Of a stretch of 35,762 nt of DNA, positions 15,034-22,301 are shown in pieces. Location: positions 1-35,762 of the IMG/VR virus record IMGVR_UViG_3300011403_000025; one strand, 5' to 3'. The notes under the pieces are model-generated. The model searched no databases and was not told where the DNA came from. It worked only from the letters and a program-made list of their open reading frames with translations. The position numbers and the translations under genes are program-made. How positions within the stretch are numbered: position 1 is the stretch's first letter; each line of letters opens with the position of its first letter. The DNA is from a virus. Lineage: Duplodnaviria; Caudoviricetes.

Positions 15034-15182
15034 CGCTTGACGTCCTCAGCGGCAACCTCGGCCAGTTCGGCGGCGCTGTAGAGACAGTCGCACCGCATCA
15101 GCGTTAGGTCGAACCCGACGACGACAGCAACGCAGCCGACCCCGTCATGCCATCGCTGCTCGTGCCCGCATCCGCAGATCAT
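15030..15182 (-). CDS. Small Cys/His protein
   Basis: MICGCGHEQRWH...C...CDC; ATGA coupling. Confidence 0.6.
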   Translation of the reverse strand: MICGCGHEQRWHDGVGCVAVVVGFDLTLMRCDCLYSAAELAEVAAEDVKR

Positions 15183-15505
15183 CGCAGCTCGTCCTCGATT
15201 CGGCCCGAGAGCCAGTCGATCGGTCGCCACACTACGCCCCCGGACGCATCCAGCCATCCCCGCTGCTCATCGGAGAGGCGACCCCGGGTCGACTTCAACT
15301 CGACAAGCCGCACCACCCCGCCGCGGGCGAGCACCAAATCCGGGCATCCTGCGTGCCCGGAGAGGGCGGTGGCGTACCGGCCTGATCCGAGCATCGCCGG
15401 GCGGGAATGGTGGACGTGCCAGCCGAGCAGCGACGCAGCCTCGATGACGTGACGCAGCAGTGTCGCCTCGGACATCGACGCGGTCAGCAGCGCCCGGTCA
15501 GTCAT
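15179..15505 (-). CDS. VRR-NUC domain nuclease (putative Holliday junction resolvase)
   Basis: MSEATL...GCPDLVL...VELKSTRGRLSDEQRGW...VWRP. Confidence 0.88.
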   Translation of the reverse strand: MTDRALLTASMSEATLLRHVIEAASLLGWHVHHSRPAMLGSGRYATALSGHAGCPDLVLARGGVVRLVELKSTRGRLSDEQRGWLDASGGVVWRPIDWLSGRIEDELR

Positions 15506-15671
15506 CGACCAGCGCCTCTTGTGCCGTGTCCCTGAACAACCGGGCGACGGCGCCCGTCGACAGGGCGGTGAGCCCGACGACGAACGCCGTCCACAGGTGC
15601 CCGGTGGCGAGCGCCACGACCGCGACGCTCGCCCAAACCCACGACACACCTGTGAGCAGCAGCGCCGTCAT
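15498..15671 (-). CDS. Small two-TM membrane protein
   Basis: Hydrophobic ORF with ATGA coupling. Confidence 0.6.
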   Translation of the reverse strand: MTALLLTGVSWVWASVAVVALATGHLWTAFVVGLTALSTGAVARLFRDTAQEALVDD

Positions 15672-15889
15672 GGCACCAGCCCGCCCGAGTAAGTCACCCG
15701 TAGGCACGTCACCTGCTCACGGTACGCGGTGCGCCCCGATTCGCAGACCGCCGCGGCGTCGTCCTCTTCCAGCTCGGCGACGGTCGCCTGTAGCGCGTCG
15801 ATTCGTGCGTCAGTGATGGCGGTCGACACGGTCAGGACGAGCACCCAGAGCATCACCAGCACGAGCAGGAACCGCTGATCGCCGGTCAT
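15668..15889 (-). CDS. Membrane-anchored small protein, paralog of 5715-5948
   Basis: TM + short coil + AVCESGRTAYREQVTCLRVTYSGGLVP. Confidence 0.75.
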   Translation of the reverse strand: MTGDQRFLLVLVMLWVLVLTVSTAITDARIDALQATVAELEEDDAAAVCESGRTAYREQVTCLRVTYSGGLVP

Positions 15890-16341
15890 GCCATGCCTGC
15901 TGCGTCGTGCCCACCGGTCGCCGACTCGAAGGTGATCGTCTGCGCCGGCGGTTTCACCGGTGTCAGGTCCGGGGTCAGGACCCCATCGACGACGAGCAGC
16001 GTGTCAGCGACAGTGGTGAGCACGATCGACTCGATGTCGGTCACGTCGTTGCTCACCCACTTCCGCAACTCAGCGGCGATCAACCGGTCGATCTCCCCTG
16101 CATTCAGCATCGGGTCACCCTCCCTGTCGTCCACAACGTCGAAGTAGCCGGGGCTGGTTTCGGCGAGCCCGGACCATGACGGCGGCTCGAACGAGAACTT
16201 GACGCCTCCGGATTCGTGGCCCAGGTACTTGCCTCCTGCGTGCCCGGCGGGCAGTTCGCAACGAATCCACCGAGTGATCTGACCGTCGACGATTTCGACG
16301 ATGTGTTGGGCTGGGCAGCGTCTCAATGGGGCCATGCTCAC
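15886..16341 (-). CDS. Hypothetical protein with a probable internal start at 16110
   Basis: The RBS-like AGGGAGGGTGA occurs at both the first start and the internal ATG. Confidence 0.6.
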   Translation of the reverse strand: MSMAPLRRCPAQHIVEIVDGQITRWIRCELPAGHAGGKYLGHESGGVKFSFEPPSWSGLAETSPGYFDVVDDREGDPMLNAGEIDRLIAAELRKWVSNDVTDIESIVLTTVADTLLVVDGVLTPDLTPVKPPAQTITFESATGGHDAAGMA

Positions 16342-16372
16342 CCTCCCTCATCGCAGCGGTCATGTGAACCCT

Positions 16373-16480
16373 TCACTGGTCTGTCAGATCCCAACAGAGG
16401 GCGCACGCACCCGTACCCGTGAGATCGAGTCTCGTCCGCGGCCAGTGTCCCTTGGTGATCCAGTGAATGAGATGACGCAT
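16373..16480 (-). CDS. 35-aa protein (not in the ORF track)
   Basis: MRHLIHWITKGHWPRTRLDLTGTGACALCWDLTDQ after RBS GGGAGGGTGA. Confidence 0.5.
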   Translation of the reverse strand: MRHLIHWITKGHWPRTRLDLTGTGACALCWDLTDQ

Positions 16481-16485
16481 CACCG

Positions 16486-17004
16486 TCACCCTCCCTCGGC
16501 GTCGGCGGCGCAGTGGCGCTGCCCGCCGAAGTTGCCGATCTCGTGCTGACCCTCCGGGCAGTCCTCACCACGGGGCGGCAACCCCGGCTGCGTCGTCGTC
16601 GACTGCTCATCCGGTGGCGCAGCGGTCGTGGTCGTGTCGCCCGGGGGCGGTGTCGTCGTGGTGTCATCCGGCGGTGTCGTCGTATCCGGCGGTGGGGTAG
16701 TGGTGTCCCCGTCGCAGTCCGACAGGTCGACCGTCTCCGACGCGATCACGGTCTGGCCGTCGGTCACCTGCCAGGTTTCGCCCGGCAGGACGAGGATGTA
16801 CGTGGTGGGTTTCCGGTCGAGCCCGACGATCGCCACGTAGAACCCGTCGGCCTTCCCCTGGTCGGTTATGAAGACAAGGTCGCCTTCGCCCCTTCCGCTC
16901 GAGTAGCAGTCGTCGATGCCGTACCGGTCGTCGCTGTACGCGATCGCTGAGTTCGCCCACAGCAGCGCCCCCACCGTCAACAGCATGATCGTCAGTCGTC
17001 GCAT
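16486..17004 (-). CDS. Secreted protein with Pro/Thr-rich linker and a C-terminal Cys pair
   Basis: Signal peptide AIA|Y; TTTPPP repeats; CPEGQ...HC. Confidence 0.8.
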   Translation of the reverse strand: MRRLTIMLLTVGALLWANSAIAYSDDRYGIDDCYSSGRGEGDLVFITDQGKADGFYVAIVGLDRKPTTYILVLPGETWQVTDGQTVIASETVDLSDCDGDTTTPPPDTTTPPDDTTTTPPPGDTTTTAAPPDEQSTTTQPGLPPRGEDCPEGQHEIGNFGGQRHCAADAEGG

Positions 17005-17273
17005 ATCCCCATCCCCTTTGTCGTATCAGTCATTACCTGCGGTGTAGATCCAGCGTCGAGCAGCGACGGCTGCTCCGGTGGCGTCTTGACGATCGGTTGA
17101 TCGTCGTCGCCAAGGTACGCGGTCAGGGACCGCATCAGACCGTCGATTTGCTCGGCGGGCGGCCAGTCCGGCGGTGGCCGCAGGTGAGGGTCGTCGCATT
17201 GCACGGTGTAGCGTCCGGCGACCCCGGTGACGCGGTGCGTTTCGAGATGCCGGTGGCACGTCGGGCAGATCAC
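16992..17273 (-). CDS. Hypothetical protein (CxxC)
   Basis: GTGA-coupled ORF VICPTCHRH... Confidence 0.55.
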   Translation of the reverse strand: MICPTCHRHLETHRVTGVAGRYTVQCDDPHLRPPPDWPPAEQIDGLMRSLTAYLGDDDQPIVKTPPEQPSLLDAGSTPQVMTDTTKGMGICDD

Positions 17274-17482
17274 GCGGCACCTTCCCAGAGGGTGAGCCGG
17301 TCGTCGCGCCACCAACCGACGAGGTCGGGGGCGCCGTGGCGGTGGACGAGCACGACTGACGCGGGCGGGTCACGGTCGATCACGACGACGGTGTCGATGA
17401 CAACGACCCGGTCGATCTGCTCTGGGAGCCCGCCACCGTTGGTGACAGCGGCCCGCACATCAGCGAGCGTCGGGGCGGTCAT
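17270..17482 (-). CDS. Hypothetical protein
   Basis: ATGA-coupled ORF MTAPTLADV... Confidence 0.55.
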   Translation of the reverse strand: MTAPTLADVRAAVTNGGGLPEQIDRVVVIDTVVVIDRDPPASVVLVHRHGAPDLVGWWRDDRLTLWEGAA

Positions 17483-17856
17483 CGGGTCGCCTCGGGATGC
17501 TGTGTCGTCATGTGGCGCCGCACATCCTCGAACGACCGGTGGCACACGGCGCAGACACCGTTCTGTGCCCTCCGTCGCAGTTTCGTCGCCTGCCCCTTGT
17601 ACGCGGCCGCTGACCGCTCCGCGGCGGCGCGCTGGTCGGAGAGATGCACGTTCGTCGATTGCAGCGACGCGACCCGGCGGCGTAGCTTGTCAATCTCGCC
17701 GTTGAACACGAGATTGTGACCGCTCGGGCAGTAGAACGAGCGCCCGTCCTCGCGGCGCCGCGCCTCGAACGTGGCAGGTATGGCGAATATGATCCCGCAA
17801 TCGGCGCAGGTCGTCGTGTTGAGAGTGACCGTCTCGGTGATGGTGTATCCGTTCAT
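17479..17856 (-). CDS. Zinc-finger / coiled-coil / C2H2 protein
   Basis: CADC...FYCPSGH, a coiled coil, then CAVCHRSF...HMTTQH. Confidence 0.75.
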   Translation of the reverse strand: MNGYTITETVTLNTTTCADCGIIFAIPATFEARRREDGRSFYCPSGHNLVFNGEIDKLRRRVASLQSTNVHLSDQRAAAERSAAAYKGQATKLRRRAQNGVCAVCHRSFEDVRRHMTTQHPEATR

Positions 17857-18083
17857 CGCTGCACGTCGAGGTTCGATGGCCGGTTGTCCTGCTGGTCGCC
17901 GTTGCGGTGCCGGACGTCACCGGCCGGCAACCCTGCCAACCAGCGATGCTCGAGGACTTCGACCCATTCGTTCGGTGCGAGCCGCCAGCGGAGCCTGACG
18001 CGGCCTTGTCCGTCGACGGTGCGCCGGTCGGGGGGCCGGGCCGGGCAGTCGGCGGGTGTGCGTGCCATCCTGATGTTTCCCAT
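17853..18083 (-). CDS. Minimal HNH endonuclease (HNH_3-like)
   Basis: EHRW...VRHRNGDQQDNRPSNL. Confidence 0.75.
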   Translation of the reverse strand: MGNIRMARTPADCPARPPDRRTVDGQGRVRLRWRLAPNEWVEVLEHRWLAGLPAGDVRHRNGDQQDNRPSNLDVQR

Positions 18084-18090
18084 ACCCCTC

Positions 18091-18119
18091 ACTGTACCAC
18101 GCTGTACCTCGGGTTACAA
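18091..18119 (-). promoter_or_regulatory. Promoter TTGTAA-17-TACAGT giving a leaderless HNH mRNA; contains two CTGTACC direct repeats 10 bp apart
   Basis: ATG lies 7 nt after the -10. Confidence 0.7.
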
Positions 18120-18172
18120 GGGGGGAACGGCCACCGGTGGGGGAACGGACCCGGCCGGGATTCTGGGGCGTG

Positions 18173-19474
18173 TCAGAGGGCGCGGGGTATGGCGGCGGTG
18201 AGCCACCGGGTGTTCGCCTCCGACGAGTCGAACGTGAACGAATCCGGGTTGATGGAGCTGGTAGCCAGGAACGGCCCCGACGCGAACCCGAAGCGGGCGT
18301 CGTTGACGCCGTCGTTGCGGAACCGGTACACCTGATCGTTCGGGAGGTTCACCGGCCACACGGTCGGGGGCACGTCGATGATGGTGCCCCACTGCGAGGC
18401 GACGGCGAACCCGAGCCACGAGGTGAGCGCCCCGGACACGGCACCCGGGTCGATGGTGGCGGCGGCGCCGTTGATCTGATTGTTCGACGTGACGATCTGG
18501 TCGAGGTTGCCGTCGATGACGTGGGCGGTGACCCACCCGAGCGCCGCTGTCTCCGCTGACGTGATGTCGATGGTGACGGCGGTGTCGTCGGTGTTCGCCC
18601 GGTATAGGAGGGTGAGCCCGGCGCCGGTGAGGGTTGTCGGTCCGGCCACCGTCCACCCGTCCGGTACGACAATGGTGCGGGACGTCGAGGTGCCCTCCAT
18701 GCGGCACAGGACGATGATCTTGTCGGCGGTGCCTGCGACCAGGTTGACGTCGCGGGTGTTGAGCAGCCCCGAGTCGGCGGCGTTGATGACGTTCGCGAGG
18801 GTGGGCGCCTGCTGCGGGACAAGGACACCGACCCGGAACCGGGCGGTGCCTTTCAGCGAGTCGCCCACTTCCCACGTGAACGGCACCGTGGGTGTCGCCC
18901 CAACCGACTGTGTGTCGCCGGTGCTTCGTATCCATGCCTGGTCTGTGCCGGTCACCGAGATGAGCGCCCACACGCGGCGACCGCCGGTGGACGGGTGATT
19001 CAAGTGCACCAGCCCGACCGGTGTCGCGTCGGGCACGTCGGGCACAGCAGGGAGCGTCACCGAGTACGCACCCGAACCGGGTGTGAACCCGGTGCCGAGA
19101 GTGATCTCGAAGTCGACGTCGACGTACCGGCCCTGCGCGGACCAGAAACCGGCGGCGACCCCGTCACCGATGAACGGGTTTGTGGTCGCCCCGAGCAGCG
19201 CCGGGGTGTACGTTGATGCGCCGCCACCGCCGACACCCGGCGACCCCAGGATGAGCAACCCGCCGGCGGTCGCCAGGGCACGGGCCGGAACATCAACGGT
19301 CGACAGCGGCGCGATCGACGGGACCCGGTCGAACTCGGTGCCCGCCCACGTCACCGTGTAGAACCCGTCGACGTCCGGCCCTTCGACCACGTGCACCGTT
19401 TCGATGGTGGGTGGCGGTGACCCATCGGGTCGCGGGATGAGGTCGTCGATGATGCGGAGCAGGTCACGGGTCAC
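18173..19474 (-). CDS. Tail tip/fibre (receptor-binding candidate)
   Basis: Last tail gene; beta-rich, with GSGAYSVTLP and FTWEVGD typical of fibre domains. Confidence 0.7.
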   Translation of the reverse strand: MTRDLLRIIDDLIPRPDGSPPPTIETVHVVEGPDVDGFYTVTWAGTEFDRVPSIAPLSTVDVPARALATAGGLLILGSPGVGGGGASTYTPALLGATTNPFIGDGVAAGFWSAQGRYVDVDFEITLGTGFTPGSGAYSVTLPAVPDVPDATPVGLVHLNHPSTGGRRVWALISVTGTDQAWIRSTGDTQSVGATPTVPFTWEVGDSLKGTARFRVGVLVPQQAPTLANVINAADSGLLNTRDVNLVAGTADKIIVLCRMEGTSTSRTIVVPDGWTVAGPTTLTGAGLTLLYRANTDDTAVTIDITSAETAALGWVTAHVIDGNLDQIVTSNNQINGAAATIDPGAVSGALTSWLGFAVASQWGTIIDVPPTVWPVNLPNDQVYRFRNDGVNDARFGFASGPFLATSSINPDSFTFDSSEANTRWLTAAIPRAL

Positions 19475-20550
19475 GGTGTGAACGCCCTCGCGATCATCGT
19501 GGTGCCGCCGAGCAGGTCAACGGTGACGGCGTCCATAGCGAGCGTCACGATTTGGTCGGCGCCCACCTGGATCGTCACCGAGTCGCCGGGGTCCCAGGTG
19601 GGGTCGAACCCGCGGACAACCCGCCACGACGCCCCGGCGCCCTGCAGTTTCGCACCGATGCGGCGCGCCGTGGTCGCCGCCCCGGCGTCCGACCGTACCG
19701 GGGCGTCCGCGAACATGGTGACCCGCCCGTAGGGGCCATCGACGTAGGTTGGTGAGTCGGGGTCGTCGTCCTCCCACACACCCCACGCCGGATTCGCCGA
19801 CACCGACGACCGGACCACCACAACGTTCGGTGGGCGCCCCGAGAACGACACCACAGCCTGCTCGGGTAGCACCCGGCGGGTCCCGGGGACCCCGGTCGGG
19901 ACCTCATCAACGACGAGGGACCCGGCCCGGTCGAAGTAGCAGCGGAGCCCGCCACCGGCGAGCAGGTCGGTGAGTTCCCGCCACGGGTCCACCGATGAGG
20001 CGGCGCCGAACAGGTACGGTTCCCCGTCGGTGACGTCCCCCACCGTGACCCCACTCGCTGGGGTGTCCGTCTCGAGCCGCGGGTCACGGGTTTCGACCAC
20101 TTGGGCGGCGACCGCGGCGAGATCCTGAGAGGCGCCAACCGGCATCGGTGACACGAACCGGTGACCGGAGATCCGGGACGCCCGGTCCCCGAGCTGCAAC
20201 GACACCACGGCACCATCGGCGACGACCGCGGCGTCGGTGCCGGTGATCGGCAACACCCCGAGCGGCACCGTCGACTCGACCCCATCCAAGGTCGCCACGC
20301 CCGCCTCCACGAACAGTTCCGACCCGAACGAGGCGAGCACATCGGACGGTTCGGTCGGGACCCGTTTGCTTTGCACCTGCACCGACCCGGACCAGCGGCC
20401 CGGGGTCCGAGCGTCCTGGGTGATGGTCCCGGCGACAACCCGCAACGTCTCCGACGCGTCGCCACGCACCGCGGTGACGTTGACGACACGCCGGTACGCG
20501 GTTTGCCCGTCGACGAGCACCTGCGCCGCGGGGTCGAGCAGGGTGCTCAC
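19471..20550 (-). CDS. Minor tail protein (baseplate hub, DUF5047-like)
   Basis: YFDRAGSLV, DDDPDSPTYVDGPYGRV, PTWDPGDSV. Confidence 0.8.
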   Translation of the reverse strand: MSTLLDPAAQVLVDGQTAYRRVVNVTAVRGDASETLRVVAGTITQDARTPGRWSGSVQVQSKRVPTEPSDVLASFGSELFVEAGVATLDGVESTVPLGVLPITGTDAAVVADGAVVSLQLGDRASRISGHRFVSPMPVGASQDLAAVAAQVVETRDPRLETDTPASGVTVGDVTDGEPYLFGAASSVDPWRELTDLLAGGGLRCYFDRAGSLVVDEVPTGVPGTRRVLPEQAVVSFSGRPPNVVVVRSSVSANPAWGVWEDDDPDSPTYVDGPYGRVTMFADAPVRSDAGAATTARRIGAKLQGAGASWRVVRGFDPTWDPGDSVTIQVGADQIVTLAMDAVTVDLLGGTTMIARAFTP

Positions 20551-22301
20551 GTCTCGAAGATGTCGGGGGGCGGGTCCGACGTCGCCGGTTGCGCCACCTG
20601 CCGGGTCACCGCCGTCACCCGGTGGACCGCCCCCTCATCGGAGGGGATCTGCTGCGGGTCGACGGTGACCGCCGGGCCCGCCGACACCCAGATCGCTTCG
20701 AGCGCCGGGTCGGCGAGGATGAGCCACACCTGCGGTTCGTCGAGTGCCGCCACCAGGTCAACCGTCGAGTCGGTGGACAGGGTGAGGAACGCGACGGTGT
20801 GGTCGCGGCCACCGGGGAGCCCGGACACAGCGGAGGGGAGCCCACCGCCGACGGGTTGCGCCGCGTCGTACGGCCACCGCGTCGACCACGGCCAAACCTC
20901 AGCGGCGCCGACGAAGTCGAGCGCGGTGTCGGTGGGGTGGATCACCCACGACGGGCACGGTTGCCCAACAACGACGCACGGGTCGACGGTGACGGGGGCG
21001 TCGGCTTCGGTCCAGTCGGTGAACGCGAACGCGCCACCGACCGCACCCCACAACCTGACCCGGTACAGCAGCTCACGGGTGATGGCGTCACCGACCCCGC
21101 ACAGGCTGTCGGCCGGGTACGAGATCTGCACGAACCGGTCGACCCAATCCGCCGAACCTGCTTCGGGGATCTCCGGGTCGTCGGTCCAATCCACCAACCG
21201 CACCCACGTCGTCCCCCCGTCGAGCGACCGTTGAATCTCCGCGCGGATCGGTGCGACGAACGACCCGGTCGGCGCCCCGATCGTCAACTCCACCGACGGG
21301 GGGCAGTCGATCGGTGTCACGGTCACCGTCGGGGCGGGCGGCACCGGGAAGTTCTGTGTCCACGAGCATGACGACTCGACCGCCCACCAGATCTCCCCGT
21401 TGACGTCCACGAAATCGTGGGTGCCGAACCGGGCGAAGATCGTCCACTCGCCGTTCTCGATCGGGTCAACCTCCCCGAACGCCTCACGGGTAGTGAACGC
21501 CACCCCGTCCTGGCTCACGTTGTTGCGGGTGATGCGCTCCATGCGGGGCGGCCCCCACACACCATCAACCCACGGGTCGAACCCTGACGTCGCCGCTTGC
21601 GCGTCGGTGAAGATGCGCCACTGCTGCGTGATCGACACCGTCTGCCCGGGGGAACCGGCGTACCCGTACACCCCGGTCATCACCACGAACGGGGTTGTCG
21701 TGTCGGTGATGGTCCCGGCGCACCGGTTCACCGCCGCGGCGTCCTGCACCTGCAACGACGTCACGTCGGGGCGGTCCCTGACATCAACGTCGAGGTAGAG
21801 TTCTTGGACCCGCCAACCGGAGATCGGGTCCCCCGCCTCAGTCTCCCCACCGTGTGAGACGAGCCGGCAGTCGAACACCGCCGAGTCGATGTTCGCGGTG
21901 GCCCGCCCGATCGCCGGCACCGTCGAGGGGCGCAGCCACCCGGTCGAGCGTTGCTGCCCCGGCCCGTAGCGGAGCGACGTTTGGGGTAGCACCGCGTCGG
22001 GCCACTGTTCGATGAGCGCCGCGACCCGCACAACCGCCGGTGCCGCCGCCGGGGGCTGCAGCTGCTCCCACCGGTCCCGGACCCGCAACCGGAACTGCTT
22101 CACCCTCTGCCCGGCGGTCAACGCTGTCAGGTTCCCGCACCCCAACTGCATTTGCGACCCGGCGGGTTGCTGCTCAACGAACAGGACGTAGGTGGCGGTG
22201 TCGTCGTCGGATGTGACCGCCTGGCGGGTCCCTGACGGCACCGTCGACGTGTCGGTGCCGTTCTGGATGGTGCTGTTGGGTCGCAGCGTCGAGAGTCCCA
22301 T
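20547..22301 (-). CDS. Minor tail protein (distal-tail-like)
   Basis: First gene after the tape measure; beta-rich, EIQRSLDGGTTW. Confidence 0.7.
   Translation of the reverse strand: MGLSTLRPNSTIQNGTDTSTVPSGTRQAVTSDDDTATYVLFVEQQPAGSQMQLGCGNLTALTAGQRVKQFRLRVRDRWEQLQPPAAAPAVVRVAALIEQWPDAVLPQTSLRYGPGQQRSTGWLRPSTVPAIGRATANIDSAVFDCRLVSHGGETEAGDPISGWRVQELYLDVDVRDRPDVTSLQVQDAAAVNRCAGTITDTTTPFVVMTGVYGYAGSPGQTVSITQQWRIFTDAQAATSGFDPWVDGVWGPPRMERITRNNVSQDGVAFTTREAFGEVDPIENGEWTIFARFGTHDFVDVNGEIWWAVESSCSWTQNFPVPPAPTVTVTPIDCPPSVELTIGAPTGSFVAPIRAEIQRSLDGGTTWVRLVDWTDDPEIPEAGSADWVDRFVQISYPADSLCGVGDAITRELLYRVRLWGAVGGAFAFTDWTEADAPVTVDPCVVVGQPCPSWVIHPTDTALDFVGAAEVWPWSTRWPYDAAQPVGGGLPSAVSGLPGGRDHTVAFLTLSTDSTVDLVAALDEPQVWLILADPALEAIWVSAGPAVTVDPQQIPSDEGAVHRVTAVTRQVAQPATSDPPPDIFET

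Noticed and set aside
16115-16496. Three copies of AGGGAGGGTGA as a repeat element
   Set aside because: Each lies at a start codon and is best explained as an extended Shine-Dalgarno sequence.
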